A stretch of DNA of 64,000 nucleotides from Callorhinchus milii (lineage: Eukaryota): positions 34,226,001 through 34,290,000 of the forward strand of contig NW_024704742.1 of NCBI RefSeq assembly GCF_018977255.1, given 5' to 3'. Below the pieces are notes generated by a model. The model had not been told where the DNA came from, did no database searches, and saw nothing but the letters and a program-made list of their open reading frames with translations. The position numbers and the translations under genes were made by a program. Positions 40,751 to 54,819 of the stretch are shown in pieces. Every line of letters begins with the position of its first letter. Positions within the stretch are counted from its first letter, which is position 1.

Positions 40751-41034
40751 ACATTGTTATTTATTATCCTCTTTCCTTTTTTTGTTTTGTGGAGGAAACA
40801 GCTGGATTAGTCTTCCAGGATCTTGCCAGTGGCCGCCATACTCATGTGAAACCAATTAAAATATATTCAGAATGAGAAGCATCATTTTGCACAGAATAAA
40901 CACACAGTATGTTGAGGTGCAATGTATCATTACCCATGCTTCCACACAGTCAAAACAAAATAGTAATAAGATATTGTTGTGTAGCTGAATTAGAATGAAG
41001 ACATTACAAAATGTGAACACACCAAGTATAATGA

Positions 41035-41250
41035 CCAGGTCCTAATTCTATTGATTAATGATGGTGACAATTGGCTTCAGGATCCTGGATCAAGGAAGAT
41101 AAACATCAACCAGGGTTCCAACCTCTGACCTGTGACATTTGGAATGGCACCTGTGTGAATGTCAGAGATGATGATAGCATTAAGCTTGGCTGCTGTGTTC
41201 CCCTGTTCTTGATAATCATTATCAAAGCTCACACATAACAGCCACTTAGC
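41035..41250 (+). mobile_element. AmnSINE2-like ancient SINE
   Basis: acaattggcttcag...atcaaccagggttcc...tgtgtgaatgtcag...gctcacacata...gccactt. Confidence 0.45.
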
Positions 41251-43024
41251 AACCAAGATTGGGGCAAGAGGGAAAAATAAGATTTATGAAAACAAACAAA
41301 TAATAATGAACTTCATCACTGATGTATTGATTTGACTTCTCTGTCCACTGGATATCTTAGATACCCAATAGAAATCTTTGTAATAATTACACTTTATGAT
41401 TTCAGTTTCTTTTGCGTGTGTGTATGTTTGTATGTGTTTGTGTGCATGGGCAGAGGACAGAAGGGAAACTATGGAAATTATATTTTGTACACTTAGACAC
41501 ACCCACATACCACAGAAGGGAATAATTCCGCAGTCTTAACTATGAATTAACTATGATGCATCCTGTAACACTCTATCACTAGGATTTGAATGTTTTATGT
41601 TCCACAGTGAACACAATCCTTTTCAATACAGATTCCCTTGAATAAAATATAGGTGAAATCACACAACGTCTCAGCACATTAAATCCACTCAATCACCGAT
41701 CATTACCATATATATCTCATCATCTTTAGGAATCCACACCCACCCACATTGTTCTTTGTCAGACATTAGGGTGTGAAAAAATAGCTACCACATTTTCTTA
41801 CAAATACACCATAGCTACACTTTATAGAAAAATCCTTTGATGCGCTTTGAGATGTTTTGAGAACGTGATGAAGTGCAATATCAAATGCAGGGATTATTAT
41901 GGGTGCAGTCTATAATTTTCTCTCTCATCTCCTGCCCAATGCACCACCATCAACAGAAGCTCCTCCCTTCTCATGGCCATGCCAACAATCTAATCCTCAA
42001 ACAAGTAACACTACTATTTTGGTTTGACTGGGCCAACAGGTTCACTGTGTCAATTCAAGTTCTGACAATTACCATGCAAACAAAATATACAAACGGTCTG
42101 AAATGTGACCAATTGCAAAATTCTGGAAAGTAGATGGAAAAGTGTGCAACAATAAATGAAAGAATAAAATGAGGAACATACTTGAAAGAAACAGAGAAGA
42201 CAAAAAGGTTATTCTAAGCTTGTCAGTAAATTTTTCAATCTTTTGGCAGTGGGTGGGAGCGTTCTGGACAAATTGTCTCTAAGTACTGCATAGTATACTT
42301 TTCAGTGGGTGCTTTTAACTTGTAATTTTATTGACGATGGAGAATAATCCCAAGAAACTTCCCCATCCATGGGAACCTCCCTTGTGATTTATGTTTTCCT
42401 TGGTGACAGTGATGTTGTGATCAACAACAAATATTTTGTTTACCTACAACATACACAGTCACTACACTTTCCATTATATCCTGTGAAACACATTACACAG
42501 TATCCTGTGAACCAAAGTGAAAAGCTGCTACATGAAATGCAATTATTATTATCATTTTTAGAATCAATATTTGTCTGTCACCTTCAAAAGCTTTATTGTG
42601 GGAAAAAAACATCAGTTTGTGTGCAAAATCAATTCATAAAAGTCCATCCGCAAAATCTCCTTCTACAGTTCCTACTGCTACAAGGAACTGTTACTCACGG
42701 AAGTCAATCAGTCAAGATCTGGGATAGAATTTAATTTCGTGGCCATTGATGATCATGGAGTATTTATGCAGCAATTTCCCACAGGAGATTAAATCATTGG
42801 CATTCAGAATTTAATATAATTGTTTGGACATCGTCTGCGGAAGCAGTGTGCTTGATAAGCTGAATGTTTTTTTCTTATTCCGTTTTCTTATGACTCTTCA
42901 GTAAACTACTGGGATATGGGGAAAGGGCAGGTAAATGGGACTGAAAGTATTGTTTTTCAAAGAACCAGACCAGACACATAAGCCAAATGTCCTTCTTCTG
43001 TGCAGCAAATTTCTATTTTACTAC

Positions 43025-43325
43025 ATCCTAAAATCTGAAGCTGTAGTAGAGTTACTGGGGAGTGCTGTATTGTCAGAAATGTCATCCTTCTGATGAGACT
43101 TTAAACTAAGACCCTGCAGTCTGTTTAAACTAAGACCCTGCACTCTGTTCAGGTAAGAGCCCATGGCACTATTTAAAAAGAGAAGGGAATTTCTCCCAGT
43201 GTCCTGGCCAACAATCACCAAGATAATAAAAACTAGTCATTCACTTCATGGTTGTTTGTAGAACATTGCTGTGCACAAAATTGGCTGATGTATTTTCCTA
43301 GAAATACACAGTTACTACACTTTGC
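43025..43325 (+). mobile_element. Deu-SINE with an internal 24-bp duplication
   Basis: gggagtgctgtattgtc...cccatggcactattt...gtcctggccaaca; ttaaactaagaccctgca(g/c)tctgt twice. Confidence 0.75.
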
Positions 43326-45624
43326 AAGATCACAACATTGGTCTGGTTGATGAAAGCCCTTCAGTCCAGCTGGTCTCAACCTCCAGAACACCCATTCTTC
43401 AGGCCCAGTCACTGTGCTAAAGCTGAGATGGGGTTCACATCCAGGGACAGTCTTTACTTATTAACTGGTATCTTTCTGAATAGATTCAATATGTTAATTG
43501 GTTTGAAGAGAAGCATTGACATTTTCACCCATATCAGTCATATTATATAGGCATTTACCAACTGCTCTCTCCCATCAAATCACATCCACACTTGCACATC
43601 CACACTTGGTTGAATGACCAAATGAATGGCCATGAACACATACACAGCCAGAATGCCCATGAAAATCCATCTCCACTGTGGCTAATGCACAAAGTATCCA
43701 GAATGTGTCCTTGCAGATAAAGATTATCCCAAAGTTTGGCAGCAGTTTTTGTGAACCACGAATGGATATTTAGAAAAAGATATTACTGCCAAAAATGTTC
43801 AGCACTTTAAATAAACTTAGATTTTGTTATTTAATTTTGCACAGATTTACTCAGTAATGATCACAGCTACTATCTTATTTCATAGAATAGAATGAAATAT
43901 GTTCATTTTTGATATATTACATTTCTCTTCATTTAAAAAGTAACACATTGAATCTATATAGCCTTTATATGCAGCATTATTATTGAAAATTTCATATGAT
44001 CACTTGCCCAAATTATTTATTGGTTTGTCTTCTGTGCTCAATACCTCTTTCTCTCTACAATGCTCATCTCCTAAAGATGCTAACCTATGGTGGGCAATGG
44101 CTGCAGTGATGCTGATTACCCTACATACCTCACCAAAGTGTCTCTTCTGAATATGAGACCCGAGAAAGACAGTAAGTTTGACTGTTTGACAAAAATGGAC
44201 TTTATACACAAGCACAGTCTGTTGCATTTAAAGTAAGCATTTGAAGTATACTGTTAACTAGCAAACCAATCGCCTGATTTGGAGACTGGGATTTCAATAT
44301 GGGCCAGCTTCTCAGTGCTATCATAAAGAGAGGGGGTAGACCAGTTTCCAGCATATCCAAGAGCCAACCGATGTGCTAAATATCCAACCTTGTTAAATAA
44401 TCACCAGTGTACATTAGCACATAAGGTATTAACACATCACAACATGATAAAATGTGTTCCACTGTGTAGAATGCATCATCAATCAACGGCATTTATATTA
44501 CAAATAAGACACCGAGTCATTGGACAGCAACTAAACCTGTTTAGACTATAGAGTAGCAAACTAACTGCAAGTGAATTGGCTATTTTATTCTACTTAATTA
44601 CAAATGGTCACATATTGCTCTGTTAAACCTACATTGAAAACTCCATAAAGCTTTCCTCAATGGGCAAAGTGACCCTACCCTAATAGGCAAAAGCCCCACC
44701 TAATGCAGCACTGTACTGCACATACATGTAAGCCCTCCAAGATGTTACCCGCATGAAGGGCACTAAAGAAATGGACGTTATTATTGTAAAACTGATCTGT
44801 GCTGAATAACCTGATTTTGGCTGAGGTAGCATTTGGAACACTGCAATCATCTCAGATGGGATGATTTGGAAATCTATTATTCAACAAATAAAATTATTAA
44901 ATTACTAAATATGCACCTAAATCGGTTACACGGACTTAAGTAAAAATACATAATATTTATCTGTATATATATATCAGCGCAGTAGAGAAACTCACTTAAA
45001 AAGGATACCGTGACAGTGATTGTTGAGTTATTTTCTAGCAGAGCTATAAAAGGCATGTGCTGGACTGCACAATCATTAGACTCACTTAATAAGTAGTGAT
45101 ATGCATTTGAGAGTTGGCTTTGGATGGATAATAATTCTGGGCTGATCAGATTACCAGAGTCACGAAAAAGTTTATCAATTTAACCCATGAGTGCAGACTC
45201 TAACAAGATCCTGGAACACAGAGGGATCCAACCCAAAGAAAGGCAAGTCGGCTCTTTAGTTGGATAAATGAAGCTAGGTACATCAGAGAAATGGCATTCT
45301 TAAGTAGCTCCTACCCTTCACATGCTTTCTTACCCAGAGCTCAATGTGCAAATTTGATTAAACTGAAACTTGGAAATCCAGGTAATCCAAATCAGTGCTT
45401 AAAACAGAGTTAGTTTCGCAGTCAGACTCTTCGATGAACAAGAGGAATAATCCATAATAGAATGATTGAAACTGTATGATCATCCTGAGTCCTATTAGAC
45501 TTTGGGATTAGCCAACTCAGCTCAAATCTAATCTCATTATTTGATAAATGCACTCAATACTTAGTACTGTATTATAGTACTGTACATTGGTTATAATAAC
45601 TTGTAGAGGTGGCAATCAAGTATA

Positions 45625-46150
45625 TATTTTTTGGGGGATCAGCCAAGTGTCTGACCCGTCATCATGCTTAAGAATATCCAAACTGAGAGTTCCATTCATA
45701 CCACCTAACATGGAAATTTCAGAAATGTTTGTCAGAATACAATATCCACTCTCTCCCTGGAGGGACGCATTTTGCTAACCTAATTCCGGAAAGTATTTGG
45801 TGTAGGTTGGCAGTAGCCAAGGCGTGAGGACCCCAGAGTGTGCACTGGGGTGTGGTTGGATCAAACCACTGAAAACCGCAGAGCTTGCTATTGATAGAAC
45901 TGTCTGGCAAGCTCTCCTGTTGCTTGTCCAGCTAGGACCACACTATCCATTAGGGTTTTGGCTTGCAGAGTTATCGAGAACTGAGTGGGAAGAGTCCCTG
46001 TCCCCAGTGACTGGTCTGCCCTTCCAAGACCTGCCGATGAGCCAGCCTGGCTGTGCAGTGTAGGAATCAGCAGTGGCCTGGAATACTATGGATCCGCCTG
46101 GCTCAGGAACCAAACTACCTCGACCACCGCAGCCAGCAGGACATTCCACA
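45625..46150 (-). mobile_element. 3' end of an unclassified non-LTR retroelement, copy 2
   Basis: Shares blocks with 11962-12530 (ctctccctggagggac, cctaattccggaaagtatt, ccccagtgactggtctgcccttcca). Confidence 0.6.
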
Positions 46151-46720
46151 TCCTAACAATCCTCTGTGAAAAATAAATTCCTCATAATCTTCCCTTTTGC
46201 TCCGTTAAAAATTTTAAATTGATACCCTCGAGTCACTGACTCAACAACCAGTGGAAATAATTTCTCACCAATGCATTGCCTCCATCAAAATCCCTCATAA
46301 TTTTAATTATCTCCATCAGGGCTTCTCTCAAGCTTCTCTGATTCAGAGACCTGGTTGCTCCAGTGTCTGCTCAAAAATCACCCCCTCTCTATGTCCCTGA
46401 CATCATTCCTAAAGTGGGGTTACCAAAATTTGATACAATTCTCTTACTGTGGACTAACTACTGATTTATTCAGATTAAGAGCACCAGTTCTTTGGTTTCA
46501 TATTTGTCATCTGTTTATTAAACCTAGGATCCCATTAGCTTACTTCACAGTTTCATCCACCTGTCTTCCCACCTTTAAAGATCTATGAGTGTTAAAACTG
46601 AATCTTTCTTCCCTTCTGCACCAAGTTTTACCATTTACCTTTCTCTCTTTATTCTCTTTATTCTTCCACCTAAAATGTACAACCTCATACTTTTCTGCAT
46701 TGGCCCAATCTAATATCATC
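46150..46720 (-). mobile_element. Old CR1 fragment
   Basis: Minus translation LDWANAEKYEVVHF...SLKVGRQVDETVK (CR1 ORF2). Confidence 0.75.
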
Positions 46721-47787
46721 TGGTAAACAGCACAGCACAAGGACACTGATAACTACAAACCCTGAGTTAATTTCCAACTGTGGAAGCGCCTGATTTACTT
46801 ACATATGAAGAATAGATAGAATATGAGGCAGCGAGTTCAAAGATGTAATCTAATCTTGGTTTTGGTTGATTGTTACAAACCACTTCAGTTTCATTCTTGT
46901 GGTTTCTGACATCATATCCAAACCCCTCAATTGGATTGCAGCCTTGTCATCTACTCCCACATCTCCTGTTGATATATACCTCTGCACTGTTTTCTTCACA
47001 AACCACAAATCTGTGGAAAATTAGAAAACAAAGCTACACATTTCCCTCCAACTGTCTAATCAATTTAGTTTCACCTAACAAATTAGGGACACATTTAAAT
47101 ATATATATATCCTCCCCTCCACTCACTAATAGGATGTAGGTAAGGCATCTTTCAGGGTTGGGTGGAGATCACTATAAGGCATAGTTTGACAGCTATAAAT
47201 TTATATATTAATTCATATTTGTTTTTAAATCGTCCTCTGCTGTTTCTGGGGTAACATGAGGTAGAGAAACACACAACTGGAGTCTTATGCCACTGATCAC
47301 AATAGTATGAGGCTTGAACTCTCATGGTCTCAGCATTAAAAACATTGTTTAAAATGTAAGTCATGCAGAATTTTGGAAAAATCTTAATTTCAGCCTAAAT
47401 TTGGAAGTATGTTTCCTCACCCACAAAAAAGGGTCCTAAATTAAGATTGCATTTAAGACTTCAATTCAATTCTGCATTACATTTTAAGACAATGACCTGA
47501 AGGCTGAGACCATGTGAAATGTATGTACCTCAGTTATCCAATCCACTCAGAGCACGTAAGGCATTAGCTACTGTGACAATAGTTAAGTCCATGTCTTTCT
47601 CCTCATTTCTGAATAGATTTTTCTCCTCTCTTTTGATCTCATCACAAATCACATGCCAATCTGCCAAAGACTTTTCTTCCATTGTCCTTTAGGAAATGCT
47701 TCAGAATCACTAGCAGTGACTTGCCCATTGAATTTACACTTGGCTATTCTCCACTTAACACCTCCCAGAAATAGTGGCAAGTGGTAG

Positions 47788-48048
47788 GAACAACAACAAC
47801 AACGCCTAGTGCCTTTCACGTCGGGAGGATGTCCCAAGGCACTGGACAGTGTACAACCTTTCAGACCTGAGCTGGAGTCAGGGAGGGAGAAGGGAGGGGA
47901 AGAGGGGTGATCGATGGCATGGTCAAAGAGGAGGGTCTTGAGGCGGGACTTGAACGAGGCTCAGGAGGGGATGAGGCGGAGTGATTGGGGGATGAAATTC
48001 CAGAGGTTGGGGGCAGAGTGGCTGAAGGCTCTCCTGCCATTGGTGGGA
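47788..48048 (-). mobile_element. L2 3' fragment
   Basis: (CAA)n, gcctttcacgtcgggaggatgtcccaagg tail; G-rich UTR. Confidence 0.88.
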
Positions 48049-50000
48049 ACCCATCAGCTACAGGACTCCAAATGTAAATGAACATCCGACAGTCTGTGGG
48101 CAAGCCATTCTATCCTTAGCTTTGAACCAGTCTTGTCCTTGCTGCTGGTAGAATCAATCTAAGCAAAACATATTGCTGATGAGTATGAACTATCCTTGTC
48201 TTTTTATGGAACATCTATCCCTTTCTTGGATCACTGACAAATGGGAAAAAATTCTGTTCAGCATTGTGTACATCAACAATAGCAACATCTCTCACCAGAT
48301 TTACCATTATACGCCTGCATCAACAACCAAACTTCATGTGGCACTGAATGACATTTTTACCACAGAGTAAGTTAATTTAGGACCTGATTAAACACAAGAG
48401 CATCACTGGCTGCAGCATTGTTCCCGTTACCATCAGTGAGGATGTCTCATGCTGTTTCTAGTTGGCCCTCAGAATTCACTGGAGGAAAAGTAACATCAAA
48501 GGACTGACTCTCCAACATTGGACAATATCCACCTTCGCAACTGCTTCTCTGTTGGTTGATCAACCTACCAATATTGGCAGTGTAAGCTTCCAATAGGTGT
48601 TTCCACACAACTCATGTCAGTAAATGTACCACATCCTCATAACCAAAATAGCCAAAAGAGAAATGCTCCACTGATTTTGAGAAACATTTCACTTGGCAGC
48701 AGCCCATGTGTGTGAGTAAATTGCTCAATTTCACCATTTGAAAGTTGAATAAATGGGATAAATAAAACCGACTGATGTCCTGGCTAACCTCTGTTTTTCC
48801 TTCTTTTCCTTCTAGCCTCATTCAAATCTCTGTCAAACCACAGGGAGTATTACTTTCCCTTTACAGGTATTATAGCACTTGCTGAGATAGGGGAAAATGG
48901 AAGATCAGCAACAAACTTTTAGATATGTAGCAAACTGCTATGGCACACACCTTAATAATCCTTATCACTGGCTGCTCAGAACAGAAGCATGTCAGTGTTA
49001 TTCCTTTTAAAAAATAAATAATGATTTACTCCAATGGTTGTGTTGGTGCACACAAAGCCAGTCCTGCAATATTATACTACTCTATCCTTATTCAGATCAA
49101 TGAAGTGCTTGTTATTCTTCACCTTTATGCTGGATTTCAATCTTCTGTAAACCTTCTGAGTCCTAAGTTCACTAAATTTGAAATTGAGGTTGTCGGCTGA
49201 TCTCCGGTCTCTAAATTCAGATATACATTGCATGACTTTAATTTAATAATATAGACTTTATAAAAAAAATGTACTTGCAGGGATCTTTAGCATACTCCAC
49301 TTTACACTGAGGGATTTGTTTGTGTTTCACTCAAAGTAGCACAGATAGGATATGGAGGAAAACTGACATCAGGAAAACAAAATAAAATATTACTTTGCAA
49401 AAATAAGCAAAACTTTGTGAAACCTGATATATGCAAATCAATCAGTTAATGTTCTCAGACTATAATGCAGGAGTACATACAACATTTATGGTGACTTCTC
49501 TGCACCTTGTCCTTGAGAATAAACAGCACCTGTCTTATTCAATTCGCTTTGATCCAAAAGCTTACTAGTATAATTAAATGATATCTCATTTCATTAAATA
49601 AGACCTCTTTCTGGGCTAAGCAACCACCTGCTGCCGTTGCTACAGCCTCTTATGAAAAAGAGGGAGAAATTCCACCTATGTATAAATTTTTACTCAATTT
49701 GTGCAGCATTGTAGAGTGTCCAGAATTTGGTTAATTGTCAAATTAATTCTTAACATTGAAGTTGGGTTAAGAACTTACAAAGAACTGGCATCAAAATTAA
49801 TATAATTAAGATTTTGCATAACATTTGAGATGTTATTCCCTCAGTTGTCATTGCACCTTCAATAAAGCCACAAGTGGGTCATCAGTCACCACTTACTATT
49901 CAGACTGTAATGCAACTACTGTATTCATCAGAATACTTACCCCTGGAGGGCTTACTCATTCATGTATGAACACTGGCTAGAGGATGATTACCTAGTTTGG

Positions 50001-50132
50001 TTCTGACAAAAGGTTATTGACCTGAAATGTTAACTCATTTTCCTCTCTCCATAGATGCTACCTGACCTGTTGTGTGTTCTCAACGACTTCTGTTTTTATT
50101 TCAGATTTTCAGCATCTGCAGTGTTTTGCCTT
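50001..50132 (+). mobile_element. Penelope-like element arm with a decayed minimal hammerhead core
   Basis: CTGACAA-AAGGTT-ATT-GACCT-GAAA-TGTTAAC followed by tctctccatagatgctacctgacctg...tttcagattttcagcatctgcag. Confidence 0.65.
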
Positions 50133-50371
50133 ATTATTATCTGGGTTTCGTAAAGGGTTTATTAGAACAGTAAGAAGCCATTACCAACACAATCTAAACT
50201 CTTTTTTGTGAGCTCACCAGACTTTTCCAAATATATTAGGTTCTACAACAAAATAGAATTCCATGGCAAGAAAGTTTTTCAAATAAACCCTTTAAGAATT
50301 GTTTTTGTGGGTCAACGCTGTCCCTTACTTATTGGAAGAAATGGTTCCATCCGTTCTTCAGTAAGTTTTAG

Positions 50372-50720
50372 GTGTCAGCTTGGCTCAGTTAGCTTCCGTG
50401 TCAGAAGGCAGTGGGCTCAAGCCATGCTTCTTTAGCACTTTGACCTCACAGTCTATCCTTTTATGCCAATGCAGTGATGAAGAGACCTGCATCATTGGAA
50501 ATGCTGTCCTTCAGATCAAATAATGCACTGAGGTCCTATCTGCCCATTCAAGCAAATGTTAAAGATCCCATGGCACAACTTGAAAAATGTAGGGGACTTC
50601 CACTAGTACCCTGGCAATAACTTAATGTGTAAATAGTACTGTTATAATCGATCAGATGCAAAAATTGGTCACTCATTTCATGGCTATTTGCAGAATATTG
50701 CTGGGTGCAATTATTGTCCC
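50372..50720 (+). mobile_element. Old Deu-SINE
   Basis: gtcagcttggctcagtt head; gaggtcctatctgccc...aaagatcccatggcac. Confidence 0.75.
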
Positions 50721-50729
50721 AACATTCCC

Positions 50730-51620
50730 AATTGTTGATTCTCGGGGTTGTGGTGGACAAACATTTGCTTGGACACTGTCCTGAAGCACCGTGCTGAGAA
50801 AGGGCAAGGGGCACTCTGGTCATGCTAATTTTTCTTCAAGGACAGCAAGGACCTAATGCAGGTTAAGCTTGTGGCAAACAAGACCTCTGTGCAAACAGTC
50901 CTTCTTTATGGATCCGAGCTCCTGGGGATGCAGCAGAGATGGTCTTCCAGCCCATTTGCCAAGTCTAACATCAAGCAGTGAGGTGGATTTGTGGCAAACA
51001 CAGGAAGTGGCTGCAGGGAGAGAGGGCCCCGGTCTACATTAACCTGCCTCTGAGCACCTAGATTAAGCAGCTGAGCTGAGTAAGCCTGGTTCACGGCATT
51101 GGACTTGGCCCACGAGACTTTCAAGGTGCCTGGCATATTACAAGCATACTACATATTACAAACATATTATAAAGGTTCTCCCACCCCGCTGAAGGCAGAT
51201 GTGTGCCAGATAGCTGATGAGGGTACACTGAGGTTTGGGGCGACAGCTGATGGAAGGCATTATCTGGAGGCCTAGTTTGTGAATACACATCCATACATCT
51301 CGGCCTTGGAATCCACATTGATTCGTTTGAGGAAAGGTAACTACTGATGCGCAAGCTCCCCACTTCCAACCGGTGGAACCATCGCTCATTGTCAAGGGAC
51401 ATGTGTCTGAGCTGTGGGCAGGAAGATGGTGGCAATGCTCTCACACATTCCATACTGAGCTGTGTTACCCACCAGGAGGCCTACAGGGAGATCCTGGTAC
51501 CTACCATCCACCTAGTGAGGGCTCAAACCAGAGCTTGTTGGATATCAAATGACCAACTAGTGACTATCTTCCTGGGGGAGGGGAGGTAAGCGGGGTCTCC
51601 TTGGAACTGAACTGGTTGCA
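50730..51620 (+). mobile_element. Non-LTR retroelement C-terminal region (RTEX-like) with a Cys/His knuckle
   Basis: VLLYGSELL motif near 50900; CLSCGQEDGGNALTHSILSC (CxxC...HxxxxC). Confidence 0.6.
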
Positions 51621-52611
51621 AGGTGACATGTTTGCAAAAGGAATGTCAAAACCTTCTGTAGCAGATTTGGTAATCCAGTTCCTGAGTTAGGAGGGTCCAA
51701 AGTATTCCAGGGCAGAGCGAAACTGACAGCAATTCCCCATCTGTGCATTTTGTCATAAATCACTCTCTCGAACACAAGGTATGTTAAATCAGAAAACAAT
51801 ATACAAGTCACAAGTTCAGGATTAATATTCAGTGGAATCTCCAAGATAAGAAGTTTTGTTGGTAATGTAGGTGCTGAGCACTTTGTGCAACACTATAGTT
51901 TACATTTCAGAACTGTATTTGACCTTTCTTTGATATTAATTGAAAAACAGTAAAAAACTAATAAAGCTGACTAGTTGATTCCGATTTGGGGTTTATTTGT
52001 TGTTGTAATTTGTTGTATTTGAGGTCAGTGTTAATGTACCAAATACAATCAATATATCAAAAATAATTTTGACTGCTATTTTGATTCCAATATTCTCTTC
52101 AAAAGAAAAAGATTAGGGTGAAAATTCCAGATGGGGAATATTTGTAGGGTTAGTGCTCCTGATACAATAGCATACAATTATATAATTCCTTTAAATCAGG
52201 AGGATATCTCAAAGTGCTTGAAAATACAGTATGGGTTCCAAAACGCTAAAAGCCAACAATCCCCCAAATAAATAATTTCTCTTCACTTCAGTTCTTGTGA
52301 CTAGGAATAAAATCAAGGGATTTCTTCACTCTATTAAAATCAAAGATGGTGGTGATTGAATTCTGATAGGGCTGAGGGGAAATCCATTTTCACAAAGGAA
52401 GGGAATTGTTTGCTCCCAACCTGAATTAATCCCAGATCAATGATGGGAAAGACATATCTACCAAGAAGGATAACTGATCATCCAACTCAGAATAGCAAAA
52501 TGGTTACGCAAGGACCTGCAATAAAGAAATTACTTGGCTAGATAAGTGTGAGCCCCTCCCCCCATAAATCATTATCTACTGTAAACTATTTAGATAACGT
52601 ATACCATTTAC

Positions 52612-52910
52612 ATGCCAGTGTGATTCAATTGGCAGCACTCTCGCATCTGAGTCAGAAGATTGTGGGTTCAAGCCCCACATTCGGTTGTTGAGCTCACATG
52701 GTAACACTTCAATGCACTGTTGGAGGTACCTTCCTTCGGATGAGATGCTAAAACGAGACCCTGTCTACCAGATGGAGGCTAAAAATCCCATAGCATTATT
52801 CCTAAAGCAAAGATTCTCATAACATTATTCTCATAGCGGAGATCCCATAGCATTATTGCCATAGCAAAGATCCATAGCATTATTTGAAAAGAAAAACAAG
52901 TTCTCCTGGC
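52612..52910 (+). mobile_element. Deu-SINE with an internal minisatellite
   Basis: gcactctcgcatctgagtcagaagattgtgggttcaagcccc head; repeated atcccatagcattatt. Confidence 0.75.
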
Positions 52911-53107
52911 TATAATAAATAATCCTTGCATTTGATACAGTGCCTTATCATGTCTTCAAGATGTCTTAAAACGCTTCTCAGAATATACTGTGAAGTGAAT
53001 TGAATGTATATTTTGTGTTTTTTTTATGATGTTCAAAAGTATCGTATGAAGCTCAATCATTCTGAAGAGGGGGAATAGTGTGGTTTGTGGTGAAATCAAC
53101 AATATTG

Positions 53108-53520
53108 TCAGCCTGGCTTAGTGAGTAGCACTCTAACCTCTGAGTCAGAAGGTTGTGGGTTCAGGCTGCACATCAGGAGTTTGAGCTCATAATCTTGGCG
53201 GTCTCTCCAATGCATTGCTGCCCTTCAGATGAGACAAAAAATCGAGGACCTGCCTGCCTGCTCCTGGAGACATTAAAGATACAATAGCACTATTCAAAAG
53301 GAGAAGGAAGATTCTCCCACTGCCTCAGCCCACAATCCATTAGATTTTGTTTTTAAAAGAATGGTCCTACACTTCACAGCTGTTTGTGGAACTTTGCTGT
53401 GCACAAAGTGGCTGTTGGCGTTTGCCAACAAATAGTCACTACTGTTTACAGAAAACTGTGAAGCGCGTTGAGACTTTTTGATGTGATAAGGCACTGTACT
53501 AAATTCAAGGATTATTTTAT
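53108..53520 (+). mobile_element. Deu-SINE, near full length
   Basis: gtcagcctggcttagtg...ctctgagtcagaaggttgtgggttca head through tail gtgaagcgcgttgagac...aaggattatt. Confidence 0.8.
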
Positions 53521-54819
53521 TTTTATGTATGATAGTCCTTTAAGCTTGCCTCATAGAATGCAGAGCTGATCTCTAACCTTGACTAAGTCGATGACATGAT
53601 CTGTCATACAGGACTTGATATGGATTTAGGCATCCCCGTCTTTTTGGTTGCCTTATGTTTTGATCTTCCAAAACAGTTCTGACTTTTGATTAATGCTGCA
53701 GCACATCTTTCATATACAGGGCTCTGAGCCAAGGGCAATATTTAACCGTTTGGATGGGATGTGGAGCTCTGCAACGCTAAATATGATCCACTTGGTCTGA
53801 GCCCAGATGAACTCTGAACTTTTTGATTCGCAGATGGGATGCCAATCTGAGGTAACAATTTCCTGCCTGGAGGCCATTCCAGTTGACCCTGTCACACAGC
53901 CAAACACTGTGCTGGGTATTCCTTTCAAGAAGCCAATAAAAGACTGCTTGGATGAAGCCCAAGTTGAATTCAGTCGTGCCAACTAGTGATTAGTTGAGTG
54001 CTTTCAGGTGATCAGTGGAGCCAGCTTAGCGCTAAATCTAAATAGGCATTACCGACAGTTAGAGACTGAGCCAGCTGGTTGAGGCAATTAGCAAGTATAG
54101 AAGAAAGTGCAGCACTACCGTAGTAATCTGAGGGACTAATAAATGGCATTTCTCATTTCTATTTTGGTATTTCTATTTTTAAATCCCGTTTAGCCCGCCT
54201 GGGAAATGGATTGCATTGGAGCAAAGTTCCTTCTGGCCTGCATGACGTAGATCCAGTTACGGGGCGGAGTCCTCATTTTCGCAACTCAAATTCCTTATTA
54301 AGTTATCCCTAAAGTACCACAAACGCGGAACACAACTGTGTGCTCAAGGGAATCTGCCGCCCTAGGTAAAATGTAATTATGCCAACCCCTTCTATCCCCT
54401 TAGAAGTTCAATAGCTTTAACTTAAGAAAAATAAATTTACCTTAAAATGCCTTTGGTCATCTTCCCACCCCAACCCTTGCCCCCTTAATTCCAACTCCCA
54501 GCTCAAGTGCAAACCCATCACTGTCCAGCGCCTAGGTACATCCTCCCAATGTGAAAGGCACTATATAAATGCAATTTGTTGTTAGTTGTTGTTGTTTGCC
54601 TATAGCAGTCACTGCCAATCCTCATTGTAAACCTTCTGAAGAGAAAGTGATGCATTTTGAGGAGAGGTGGTCAAATTCTCTAGGTGGTGTTTGTTAGATC
54701 GATAAAAATGGCAACCATCATGGATGGTAGATATTAAAACTGTGTGTTGAAAAGCTTTCTCTCTGAAGTTATTTGACCATGTCTTCTCTGTGAAAAGTTG
54801 TCAATTAACACTTAATAAT

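Noticed and set aside
49932..49950. ATACTTACC resembling the U1 snRNA 5' end
   Set aside because: Only 9 nt match; downstream sequence is not U1.
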